From the NCBI GenBank assembly GCA_028534125.1, contig CM052817.1:95048001-95112000 (forward strand): DNA of 64,000 nt, written 5' to 3'. The DNA comes from Lama glama (lineage: Eukaryota). Both the position numbers and the translations under genes were made by a program. Of the stretch, positions 49,801-62,432 are shown piece after piece. Below the pieces are notes generated by a model. The model was not told the DNA's origin and searched no databases. It was given only the letters and a program-made list of their open reading frames with translations. Every line of letters starts with the position of its first letter. Position 1 is the first letter of the stretch.

Positions 49801-52800
49801 AATCCCTTATTACACATTGTCTTTCTTACTCTAGGTGAAATATACCATCAATTCTTTCCATTATAAATCTTTTTTTTAATTACTATTCTTGAAGCCCATT
49901 TAACAATTTGACTGTCTTTTTCTTACAATGTAAAAGATGTCTTTTTAAAAAAGAAACTGAAGCAGGAATGTTATGACCCTCCTACAGTATTACAAGGAAG
50001 GCTGATACGTGCTGCACAATTTCTCAGTGCTGATTTTGGAGATCCATGTTACCCAAAATGAGTTTTAAGCTAAGGTTCCTTTTTTTTTTTTCCCCTTTCT
50101 TTAAAGACCAAGGCCTGATATTGGTTCACTGAGTTTCCTAAAGCATTTGAAAACACATGCATTCTTTAAGAAAGATTGATATACTGCTTTGAGGGTTCTT
50201 TAATAAAATACAAGGTCTTCATCATCACCCCCCCACCTGCCTCCCAAAAAAAGAGAGAGAAAAAAACTAAATTGTTAAAATTTGTCATGGAGTGACTGTT
50301 CTCCCTCATTCTGTGTTTTCCCAACATTCCTCCCTTCCCCTACTCTGGCATAAATCCAAACCTATATCAAACAACAAACAAACAAAATCAGAGAGCTATT
50401 TTAGAATCAAGAATATTATGGTGCCCTAGATAATACTTGTCTTATAGTGGTAAAACATGCAAATAAAGCAAAACTGTAGGATAACAAACATGTTTCATCC
50501 TTATTACAGCACTGTGCTCTGTCAAAGATGTGCTCTTAGTGTTCAGAAAAGAACTCACTGCCAATGACTATCAAAACTATACAAAAGGCCTTGAGATACA
50601 GAACAGGAAGGGTGAAAAAAAAAAAACAACTTGAAGGCACTATTTTTACAGAGATTCACAGAAACTACTTTTTGGAGACTCAAGATGGTTAAAATCATTT
50701 CTAAAACTGTGTTCCTAACATTTCACCTGATTAATTTTCCTCCAAAATTCTCCCTCCTATCCTTTCCATTTCCCTCCCCCCAACTCCCACCCACCAAGAC
50801 CCACCTTCACCCACAGTCTGCTAACTGAATCACAGCATTCCAGGACAGTTACAGGACATAACAGTTTTTTCTGGGGTTTTCATTTGCAATGTTGTTGGCA
50901 AAGAGAATTTTATTTGTAAGTGTTTCTGTTATACTGACAAGGTCAATCAATCCTGTGAACTATTGGTCTTTCTGCCTGATAGCTTGGTGGATTATGCAGG
51001 TGGGACCATTCATAATCTATAACTGAATGCAGCCAATTAACCTCAGAAACAAAAAAAATACTGGTTACCTAATGGGATTTTAAGTTCATCTTAATAACAT
51101 GCTACAGTAACATCATTTTCCCCAAACTGGTGGTATATTATCTGATAGAAACTCTACATTTTTTCCAAATTGAATTTATTTGTAAGTTATGACATACAAA
51201 TTACATAGAGTAACTTCTATTTTAGGGAGGTTCATCATAAAAATGTTGAAGCTTTTCAAAAACAATAATCAGCTATTATACCTAAATTTGCTTATATGGT
51301 TTATACAACTAAATAAAGAATACGAGAACCCTTTAATAAAGCAATATTCAGTGCTCTTATCAAGCTATCTCCCAAGGTGCAGAAAGCACTACCACTCCCC
51401 AAGAAGCTACTGTGGAAATTTATTTGTATTTTACTTCAAATATTCAAAAAATCTTTAAGCTGTCAAATATTATTTATTTTTAAAAACCACAGAAGAGAAC
51501 TTGCATTGAGTGCTTGCTATATGACAGGCAATATGAAAAAGTACTTTGCAAACATCATCTTACGTGTCTCAGGAAGAAAAACCATCGTTATCCCTATTCT
51601 ATGCATGACGAGCCTAATAAGTGACAAAACTGAGATATCAGATCAGATCTGCCTCGTTTGCCAAACTGTGACCTTTCAACATCACTTGGTCTAAAAAATA
51701 TGAGATAGTCCCCCTACATCTCATAGTATCATCTTATAATAACTGGACCATAGAATACTGCCAAGCTTCAAAACCATCCTATAAAAGCATAATGCCCACT
51801 TATTATTAGCAATAACTAGAAAAAGGTGAATGAATGAATAAGGGTGTTCTGCTATCCATATAATTGTATCAACACTGAAGTTTTATTAACAGGAAGACAA
51901 CACTCCAGTTTTTTTATCTCACCTCCAACCCAAATGTACTCTCACATCTATGAACATACACGTAATATTCCACACACAGGCCTGTACCCACACATTACCT
52001 GCTCACGCACACAAACTCACCCAGACTCTCACATGCATACTCCCAGTTCCGAAGCCAAAAGTATTGTTGATTATGCCAGGCCACAAAGAGGTGAAAAGCT
52101 GTCTTAATCCCACAAGTATCAAGGTATCAATTTCTTTGCAAAGAGGGATTTTTAAAATAACTTGAAAACCTTTTTCATATTTAAACTCTCTGATCTGGTG
52201 AGCCCACACAACATATGTTCTAGCAAAAATTGTACTGTGATTACCTCTGTTTCTGCTTTACGAGTTTCAAACAGAAGCAATTTGTTCAATCATTAGGCTG
52301 AACTGCCCTAAAAGCAAAAGCCTACCTACCAACAGGAGCACACCCTGTGCATTTCCAAAACGCAAAGACTACTCTCAATGTCTCTGCTACGGGAGCCTTC
52401 AGATTGTCAGAGTGACTCTCAGGGCTTCATTCACTGCTTGGTGGGAATGTTTATAAAAATATTTGTGCAAATCAGGACAGACAGAGCTTTTTTGAAAATA
52501 CTGGTTTGGCTAAAAGTCATGGCAGTTAAGATGTGCATGAATACCTTTTTTAAAAAAAATGACCATTTATACCCCCCACTCTATAAACGTATTACTATAA
52601 CTATTATATTAATTTAAGATATTACATCCTCCAGAGAAAGTATGAAAACTAAAAAGTAGAATTCAGAGCCATCAATATTAAGTCAGCTTTGTTTATTTTT
52701 GCAAATAAATCAAAATAAGCCTCATAAGCACAAAACTTTTCAAGAACAGAGTACAAAATCAAAGGAAGTATCCACATTAGTGAGCTCTTATCTTAGTAAG

Positions 52801-53289
52801 GAAAAATCCAAGATTTTAACACAGTGGATCAACGTGTGATCCAGCAGATTTAATGCTACTAATTGGATCACATTAGAAAGATTAAAATTGCTAAACTATT
52901 CCCTTTCCAAAGCCACAAAGTAATGCTACTGATGCTGTAGTTTCAAAGGATTAAATCTATATATTTAATCCAATACCAATGGAAATTTAAGGTTAAAAAA
53001 AAAAGCTAGAAAACCTGCACAGGACACATGCTCTATCCAACTGTGGACAACTGATATTGAAATGTAAAATATCAACATTAAATTTAGAAAAGAAAACCCT
53101 TCTTGCTGAGATCTGGCAGTAAGGAATTGAATCCAAGACAACCTATCTACTCTCTGTTACTAGAACACACCATAGTAAAGACATATTTATCTAGCACTTT
53201 CCAACCTTGTGCAGTCTGGTATGAGTAAGAATAAAGCAAGCAGTCCTTACAAAACTAAAGGAAAAAAGAAGGATGGAAGGACATAAACT

Positions 53290-53515
53290 TATACTGACTG
53301 AAAAACTTACTATGTATTTGATATATTGCAGATGCTTTTACACAGCTTATCTCATTTAATCTTCACAAACATCCAAACAAGAGAAGTATTGTGATTCTCA
53401 TATTTTTAAGTAAATAAAGAGAGGCTCCAAAAGGTCAGAGAAATTGCCCTATATTACAAAATAAAGAAGTAATAGTACCAAGATTCCAACTCTGATCTAA
53501 CAGACTCCAAACCTA
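53290..53515 (-). mobile_element. MIR
   Basis: TTATCTCATTTAATCTTCACAA...GAGGCTC...CCAAGATTCCAACTC...GACTCCAAA. Confidence 0.7.
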
Positions 53516-55956
53516 CGATTAAAGCAGCATGTGGCAAAGACAATCAAGAAACATGTTTCTTCCTCTGGCTTAAGTCTCATCCTTCTGTCCCACTTTAAGT
53601 ACAATATTTAAAACCCAGACTGCAGATTATGAAACAGACTGGGTTTTTGCCCCTGTAAGCCAAGGAAGGTTAGAGAACTCTGCGTTCAATGGCAAGTACA
53701 CTATGACTCTGGGGGAATAACAGTAAGTTTCAAATGACTACAACTTCAGGTTAAATGGAGTTCAGTGAGTCACGATAATTCCATGCCACTGATAATCCTG
53801 ATTTTAGTCAACAGAAAATTTTCAAATTTGAATTCCATATCTGCCTTTGAAGGCTCTCTCTCAACACAAGGCAGCTCTTCATACAAAGTATTTTAAAGCC
53901 AGGGACACCTCTCAATGCCTTTCACTGTTCTTCCTCAGAGAAATGATAATATTTTTTAATTGGATAAAGCTAATGTTTAACAACCAGATTTTACAAACTA
54001 GCTGAGAATAGTTTTGACTTGATTTTGATCTTTTTCTTTTCTTAAATGTGGCGCAGCTACCGAAATACTAAGGTCGAAGGGTGAAGGCAGCCAGAGGTTT
54101 CTTCTCATTCATCAGGCTGTTCTTATTCCCTAAAGTGCCTTCCTTATCATACTTAACCTGAGCTTATCACCTTTGGGCCAGGAAGAAGAGACAAGTTATG
54201 AGTCTCCCAGATCCTCCCAAGGTAAATTACATTCCCTTTAGTCATTATCTTCTCTAAGATCACATGCTTATACCAGAAAGTGGGGCTGCGAGGATAGAAT
54301 CAGTTTAAGAACTAATCTGCCTTGAACTCTTTTCTTTAGTAAAGCTAAAACAGATGCCCTTCCACTATCTTTAAAATAAATACAAGGACCATTGCAGGGA
54401 AAAAAAATGGAATAAATATTAACTGAGCACCTATGTGCCAGGTACGTAGACATAAGGGTGATTAAGACAGATACTATTCCTGCGCTAGGGGACACTATCA
54501 AAGATTTGTGGCAGCTGATAAGAAATATGTCATAAAATTATTAAATAAGTGGCGAATAAAGGGTAAAGTTAGTGCACAGAAATATACAGAGAATTGTTAT
54601 TAAGTAGGTCATAAATTTGGCTCCACAGTTCCTGGCAGTCAAAGTAAAGTGGATATTATTATTGGTTCTGACACAGTATAGACGCTCTTCTACTTAGAAG
54701 CAGATCAGATTCCAAAGGTCTATCATTAAGTCCATTTAATCACACGTGCAAATTTTTAACTACAGAAGCAACTGCTAATATCACCTACTAGTAACTAACA
54801 GAGCTGACATACTTCTTCCCCCACCCACTGCCCCCTCACAACAGGTAGGTTTTCATACCCAGCAAAGTCCTTAAGTTGAAACCTCTTGAGCAGAGGAACT
54901 TGTGTGTGTTTGTGTGTGTGTGTGTGTTTGTGCGTACATGCGTGCACATAATAAAAACTAAAATACTTTTTCCTGAATTCAGACCTGAAGGAAATTTTCA
55001 CTCTGGATCAGTATAAAAAAGGCCACTTTGTGAAATGGTAGACTACATCCTCAAAAATACTCCTAACAGAATTACAACAACAAATTTCATAATTTCTTCC
55101 GTGTCTCAAAGTAGGCCTATGGATTAATACTAAAGAGAAATTCTATAAAAGCAATTTTATAAAATAATTCAGCCAAAGTGTAACATTTATAATTGCTAAA
55201 GAACCTGCATGTCTTCAAACAATTCTAATTTAAGAAAACAGGAAATTCAACTCTTGAAAGGTTAGTTTAAAGATATAAAAATAAGCTTTTAGGACTACTG
55301 GCATCACAGTCATATCTTACACAAGTTTTTTGTGTAACACCTCTTTACTATAATTCCTAAAACATAGGAAAATAAAGCTTTCAGGTTAAGTTTTGAGAGT
55401 TTAGCAGTTACATCTAAAATGAGTATAATACTTAGTGGACAATAGAAATGGATGCAATCTTTTTTTAAAGAGCTATTCATTTTTCTCATGAATCTCAAAG
55501 AAAGTGTAATTAGAGGAGTAAGTTAAGGCCACAGTTATTATTGTACATTGTTACTGTAAAAAGAGACACTATGTAAGCAACATATACTGATTGGACAGAT
55601 TCACTTCAATTAAATGAACTGAGAAAAAGCAAAAACAGGATCTCAAAGGGTGATATATTCCGCCTGAAAAACTTAATTTACTCTTAGGACACTATTCACC
55701 ATTAAATAATCACAGAGTACCTTTTCCTCAACTTCAGAGGAGTTTCCCTTATTTGAATACTTAGGTTAACTCATACAAAACTGAAATTCAGTGTGTTAAA
55801 GAATATAAAATTATTTTAAGTGGGATTTTCTAAAAAATTGGCATAAAAACATTATTTAGTCCAAGCATTTTACAGAGTTATAGAATTTACATATTTTCAA
55901 AGTTGCTTTCTAAATACAGATAAAGTGGATACAGTAATACAATAAATATACTAAAA

Positions 55957-55986
55957 CTGACACAACATTGCAAGCTGACTATACTT

Positions 55987-56027
<41 letters not shown>

Positions 56028-56036
56028 CACACAAAA
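55957..56036 (+). mobile_element. Extremely truncated young L1 3' tip with a (TA)n tail
   Basis: CTGACACAACATTGCAAGCTGACTATACTTCAAT matches the L1 termini at ~27810-27843 and ~29905-29936. TSD AAATATACTAAAA at 55944-55956 and 56037-56049. Confidence 0.88.
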
Positions 56037-56344
56037 AAATATACTAAAATAGCATTTTAGTGGCTACTGGCTATAAAAGTCCCTGTTATAATTATTTTAT
56101 TGACTCCTGTTACAAAATTGGAGATGTTTTTCTACAGAGAAAATATCAAGGTATTTATTATTATGGAATCTCATTTGCTTAGCAGCAAGTACATTATGTC
56201 AGGAAAGAAACAGGAAAAACAGAAGTTGTCAATGTGCTGTAATTATTACTTTATATGAGCTCAATGTGCCAGTTAAACCCTAAGAAACTGCTTACTCTGA
56301 GTGGTGGGGAGAGAGATAAGACAATATGGCACATGTTTTCTTTT

Positions 56345-57595
56345 TTTAAAAAAGACTATTTTTAAAGCAGTTTTAGATTCACAGCAAGATGAAGATGAAG
56401 GTAAAGAGATTTCCCATATCCCCTGTCCCCACACACGCATGACCTCCTCCATTGTCATCCACTGACCACCCAGAGTGGGACATTTGTTACCAAGGGTGAA
56501 CCTACACTGATACATCATAATTACCTGAAATCTGAAGTATACATTAGGGTTCACTCCTGATGTTGTACATTTTATGGATTTGGACAAATGTATAATGACA
56601 TGTATCCATAGTGATAGTATCATATGGAATATTTTCACTGCCCTAAAAATCCTCTCTGCTCCATTTATTCATCCTTCCCACCACCCCCAATTCCTGGCAA
56701 TCCCTAATCTTCCTTCTCCATGGTTTTGCCTTTCCAGAGTGTCACATAGTTAAAATTATGTATGTACAAAAAGTATGTAGCCTTCTCAGATTAGCTTCTT
56801 TCACTTAGGAATATGTGTTTAAGGTTCCTCCACGTCTTTTCATGGCTTGAAAGTTCATGTCTCTTTAACATTGAATAATATTCTACTGTCTGGATGTACC
56901 ATAGTTTATCTATTCATTCATCTATTGAGGGAAGTCTTGATTGCTTCCAAAATTTGGCAATTGTGAATAAAACTGCAGTAAGCCTCCGTAAGCAGAATTT
57001 TATGTGGATATAAGCTATCAACTCTTTTTTTTTAATCATTTTTTTAATGGAGGTACTGGGGATTGAACCCAGGACCTCATGCATGCTAAGCACGTGCTCT
57101 ACCCCCACCCATCCCCACCCCTAGTTTTCAATTATTCTGAGTAAATAGTGAAGCACATGATTGCTGGATCATATGGTAAGAGTATTTTTAATTTTCTAAG
57201 GAACTACCAAACTGTCTTCCAAAGTGACTTTACCATCTTGCATTCCCACCAGCAATGAATGAGAGTTTCCGTTGCTCCACATCCTAGCCAGCACTGGGTA
57301 CCGTAAGTGCTCTGGATTTGGCCATTCTAATAAAGTGTGTAATGGCATCTCATTTAAATCTGTGCTTCCCTGATGACATGTGATGTGGAGCATCTTTTCA
57401 TATATTTAATGTGCCACCTGTATCTTCTTTGGTGAGATGTCTATTAAGGTCTTTGGCCCATTTTTAAAATCAGGTTGTTTGTTTTCTTATTAAGTTTTAA
57501 AGATTCTTTGTATATTTTGGATAAAAGTCCTTTATGAGATGTGTCTTTTGCAAATATTTTCTCCCAGTCTGCAGCTTGTCTTCTCATTCTCTTGA
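56345..57595 (-). mobile_element. L1MC-like 3' end
   Basis: AGCAGTTTTAGATTCACAGCAA...TACATTAGGGTTCACTC...GGATTTGGACAAATGTATAATGACATG, plus ORF2 C-terminal remnants. Confidence 0.88.
57025..57121 (-). mobile_element. tRNA-derived camelid-type SINE nested in the L1MC
   Basis: Minus strand reads GTAGAGCACGTGCTTAGCATGCATGAGGTCCTGGGTTCAATCCCCAGTACCTCC plus an A tail; same family as 15518-15684. Confidence 0.88.
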
Positions 57596-58599
57596 TATTA
57601 TATATTTCAATCTGGGGTGTCTGTCACGATGTGATAATTTGTTCATTTGGTGGCAAAGAATGGGAATCTATGGATTATATAAGACCCAGAACAAAAATTT
57701 ACAACCTTCACTATCAAAAATAAGCAATAGTAAATTTACACAGCTGCATAGGAAATACCATATTAATTCAGAACAAGATAAAAGACTTTAGACAATAAAA
57801 ATCATTAGATAGCTAACATATTATCTAAATAATCTCCCTACTACTGTCTCAAAGTTATTGTATCACTCAGACTGATTCTAGATCTTCTTTTCCATTAGAA
57901 GTACCTTGAGGGTCTCCTCTGCCGAGTGTCTCTGTCCTACTTAATTAAGCACTAGAGATCAAGGCTAGCTATGGGCATTTAATTAGATGATTATTCTTCA
58001 GCTAATTACAAAGTAGACAATTTGTTCTAAAAATGGAACTGAGATAGTCGGGCTACTGTTTCTGTCTTCTCCCATCAACTATAATCGCAAATACAAGAGG
58101 AAAGACCTCCTCTCTTCAAAACCTACAAACCCTTGTGTGATGATTTTTCTTAATGAAGGTTAAATGGTCACAGAAGAAGGTATCGATCAGCTTATATTCC
58201 CAGAGTTTCCACTCCAATATTCTCACTCTTTTACTCTGAAACTTGGAGATTATTTTCTTTTTTTCCTTAGAAATTTCATTCCTGAAATTACATTGTTTAA
58301 AGCTCTTTATAAAATCATTAAGCAAAAGCAATCAGCAGAAAGAAAAGCAAGTATTTATAAACGTTTGTGCCGAAATCATTAGCATTACGACTATCAGTCA
58401 CTTTTCAACAGCATATACCAAGGAAGTAAGCAATTTTTAAATTCATTTCAAAAATCAATAGTTAACCCATCCCATCATTCACTAGCTCATTTCCTCGGCT
58501 ACACATGTCAATTTTTCTGAAAAGCCTGAAGAAAGACTCTGGTAACTTGTAATCCGATGTGATTTTAAGGAAATAATGGAAGGAATACGTATTGCATGT

Positions 58600-58900
58600 T
58601 GATTCCCAGCTAAAGCACTGACTTGCTGTGTGACACTGGCAGCTCGCTTCACCTCTCAGTGTCCCATTTGTAAAATAATGGCACTGTACTTGATCAGAAG
58701 TTGCTAACTGGTGACCCTTTGGCCACATCCAGCCTGTGGATATACCTTGTTTGCCCAGCACGTTTTAAAAATTGAGAAATTTCATACTCAAATCGAGATT
58801 TCTGATTTCTCTTAAAAATTATACTATTGGCAACGCGGGGCCTACAGTCTCTGTGGTGAGAAAGACAGCAACTGAACAGTGGCTGTCCCCTCTGGACATT
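58600..58900 (+). mobile_element. MIR fragment followed by a MER102-like hAT transposon (from ~58693)
   Basis: MIR core CCTCTCAGTGTCCCATTTGTAAAAT, then GGCCACATCCAGCCTG...GAGAAATTTCATA...GATTTCTGATTTCTCTTAAAAA...TGGCAAC. Confidence 0.6.
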
Positions 58901-59794
58901 GTCACTCTGTCATTCTTCCATTTAGAGTTAGCCACATAGCAAAAGATCCATTTCACCTAAGTTTCAGCTTGATTTGAATATAGAGATGATAATAACACCT
59001 GATTACCACGTGAGATTTGCAACAAAATGAAATTGTGAGTGGAGATATGCATGCAGAAAGTGTCTGACAAATAGACATAACAATAAACACAAATAATGGT
59101 GAACATAATGATTCAAAAATGATTCTGTGATGGTTGATTCAATCTCAATCAAAACCAACATGCTGACTCTTCTCTTCCAAATGCAACGGTTGTCCCTTCA
59201 AAAAAGTCAACTATTTGCCTCTAATTTTTGGAGATTACTAAATCTTCACTTACCACATGTCAAATAAGAGGCTGAGAAAAAAAATGAAAGTCCTGAAGTG
59301 GCTCACCTCAATTAGATATAGTTTTAAAGTGTGATAAAAATTTTTAGCAGTTATTTTTTGGGCAAGATTTGCTGCAGCTCTTTCTGCTGCTACTACTGTT
59401 CTAATCAGGGTCATTTTAGTTGCTAAGCATAAAAATTCAATCAAAAGTTTCTACAGGAAGAGGGGGTTTACTGCAAAGTTTACATGGGAACCCAGGAGAA
59501 AATCAAGCACCAGGTATCAGAGAGCTCAGGAGATGAAGCATGCTGGGGCCCAGCCACTTGTTCCAGCCCATTTTTCTTTCTCCTGGTTATGTGTCTCTGT
59601 CCCTGCATCCATTCTACTCATTAGACACCATCCTGCCTCCTTCCATACCTCATAGTTTATATTCTTCTAACTGTAAAGCTTCAGCTGGTACAAGGCCCTT
59701 CCCCATCCCCTCCTTCCCCAAATCACTATCTTTCTGCATCAAGTCTTGCTGCTAACTTGCCTGTTTCTTGTGAGTCATACTTCCGAAAGAGGCA

Positions 59795-60348
59795 AAGAAT
59801 TAAAAATAGAACTCCCATGGGATTCCACAATCCCATTTCTGGGTTTATACCACAAAGAACTGAAAGCAGGGTCTCAAGGCCCACCCATGTTCATAGAGGC
59901 ATCATTCACAATAGTCAAGAGGTGGGAGCAACCCAAGTGTTCACTGTTGGATGGATAAATATAGCGTGGTCTATACATACAACGGAATATGAGTTAGCCT
60001 CAAAAAAGGAAAGAAATCCTGCCACACGCCATAACCTGAATGAGCCTCAAAGACACTGTCCTAAGGGAAATAAGCCAGGCATAAAAAGACAAATACTGTA
60101 TGAATTCACTTAAACGAGAGATCTAAGGTAGCAAATTCAGAGACAGAAAGCAGGGGCTGGTAGAAGGGTGAGGAGGAAATGCAGAGGAGCTGCTTAACAG
60201 ATACGGATTTTCAGTTTTGCAGGATGAGAGGTTCTGAAGTTCTGTTACACAACAATGTGAATGTACTTAACACTACCAGACTGTACACTTAAAAATGTTA
60301 AGACAACAAATTTTATGTTATTTTTTAAATCACGATCAAAAATTTTTA
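59795..60348 (+). mobile_element. L1MB-like 3' end
   Basis: LKIELPWDSTIPFLGLYHKELKAG...MFIEASFTIVKRWEQPKC remnant plus a 3' UTR (GTACTTAACACTAC...GTACACTTAAAAAT). Confidence 0.88.
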
Positions 60349-60723
60349 AATTTTTTTCTGAGAGAAGGAATCAGTTTTGTTCAGATAATCTTACTGAAGC
60401 AAACTACACAAGAACGGGTCAATGGTAAGCCTACAGACTGACTGCTGGTATATTTATTTGACAACTTTTTATTAAATGCCTACTGTTTCCAACAATGTAC
60501 CAGGTTCTCAGCCAGGTGCCCTAGCTGTTCAACTGGCTGTACTCACTCAGCAGGCCTTCCTTATACATTAAAAAGGAATTGATAATCTATATCTCATTTT
60601 CACATCTCTAAATAAAACACATATTTCTATTGTATTATATTCTGCCATGGGGTTAAATAAAGGTTTTCTAAAATTTTTTTTTTGTTTTCTTTGCCCTTGG
60701 TTGTTACTACTGTCATTCTGCCT

Positions 60724-60730
60724 ACACACA

Positions 60731-60768
<38 letters not shown>
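60724..60768. repeat. Interrupted (CA)n microsatellite
   Basis: Direct reading. Confidence 0.95.
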
Positions 60769-60771
<3 letters not shown>

Positions 60772-61164
60772 CCAGTGTAGGTCTTCCATGTGAAAGAGCA
60801 CTTGAAAAAAATGACCTTACAGGACAATGCTCCTGAAAGAACCCTCATCACCTTCATAGTCCCCCTTAAGCAGGCATCAGAGCACAAAGCCTCCCAATCC
60901 AAAGCATTATGAAACAAAACAAGAATTTTCTTACCTGGCACAAACACTATGACAGGACAAGCTGGAATTCCTGCTATTAAAGTGAGTACCTTCATTAGTC
61001 TCAAACCTATAAATTTAGAAACCTTACGCTAACAAGTGGTTAAACTGCTCGCAACAACTGTCTTAGTTCAGAACTGCATTGAATAAACTGCCTGTGCAAC
61101 ATGTAACACAGGCTTGGGAAGGAAACTCTGCAGTCCCTGGCTAACTGGATTCCTGACCATTATC

Positions 61165-62432
61165 AGCCTCTGTGACAACACGTTCTCTTGATTTTTTTTC
61201 ATCTCTGGCAGTTCCTCTCAACCTTTTTCATCAGATGATCCTTTTCTACCCAATCCTTGAATATCGGCATTTCCATAATTCCAGCCCTGGTACTCTTCTT
61301 TTCAACTATACACACTCGCTGAATGAAATCAAAACTCACACCTAAGCTTCTACTTACACATGGGTGATTCCCAAATCTATGCCTCTAACCTAGGCTTCTT
61401 TCCTCAGGCTTGAATCCTCCGTATATCTGACCACCCACTGAAAAGTTGTCCATCTGAAAAGATACCAGAAATCAGTGGCAAAAGTTAATCTGATTAGCTC
61501 AACATTTCTCTCCATCCCTACCCACAGTGTTCCTTAACTCTGTATTCCATTTCTGATTAATCACAACATTCAACTAGTTGCCAGATGAGAGAAGAATCCA
61601 AGATGTCACCTTCTACCTACTTGAACCGCCTAGCCATAGTCCCAGTAAACCCCAGATAGCAATCAGTCACCAGTCCTTTTGATTCTTTTTCAAATACATT
61701 CCCTTTCTCTTGAACCCAACGGCCACAGCCTTAGTTAAATCCTCATCATTTTCACCTGGATACCACGTATCTGCTCTTCATATGGCTCCAGCCCCATCAT
61801 TCCCAAGGTTTACCTTTATCAGTGTTTCCTCATCGAAAATCTGAACCCCCTAAAAAGTCTGGCAGTAAGCATAATCTGACTTTTGCCTATATATTTTCAC
61901 TGGAACAATAACATATGTATTCCCTGCAAGAATGTAAACTCCTTATTGTACATTGGCCACATTACTGTCACTATCACAATAAATATGCTGAATGAATAAA
62001 TACTCCTTGGGTCTTTCTTGCTGCTTCCTCACACCTACGCGGCTTCCAGGCATACATTACTAACAGTTCCGCCATTACACCATGCCCGCACGTTTCCATA
62101 CCTTTACATGTGTCATGCCCCCTTTCATAATGTCTCCACTTTATCCTCCACCTGAGTAGGCTTCATATTTATCCTTAAGATTCAATTGAACCATTACTTC
62201 TTTAAGAAAAAAATTTTAAATATTATTCCTAATATTCTACTGTGTTCCCACACCTCTTGTATGAACTTACTAGACTATACTGTAATTGTTGATTTCTTTG
62301 CCTGTCTCTTCCACCAGACTATGAAGTGCTTAAGGGCAAAAACAGTGACTATCTTTGCTGCGTTCTCAGTACCTAACAGTGCCTGGCACTAAGCAGGCCC
62401 TAAATAAATATTTACTGAAGAAAGCGTGAATC
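61165..62432 (+). mobile_element. L2 3' portion, with a second L2 tail embedded at ~61900-62000
   Basis: GATTCCCAAATCTATGCCTCT...CATCATTTTCACCTGGA...CCACCAGACTATGAAGTGCTTAAGGGCA...CAGTGCCTGGCAC...AATAAATATTTACTGAA. Confidence 0.8.

Noticed and set aside
59395..59790. Possible old MLT1 LTR split by the adjacent L1
   Set aside because: The terminus looks MaLR-like but is too diverged to support by eye.
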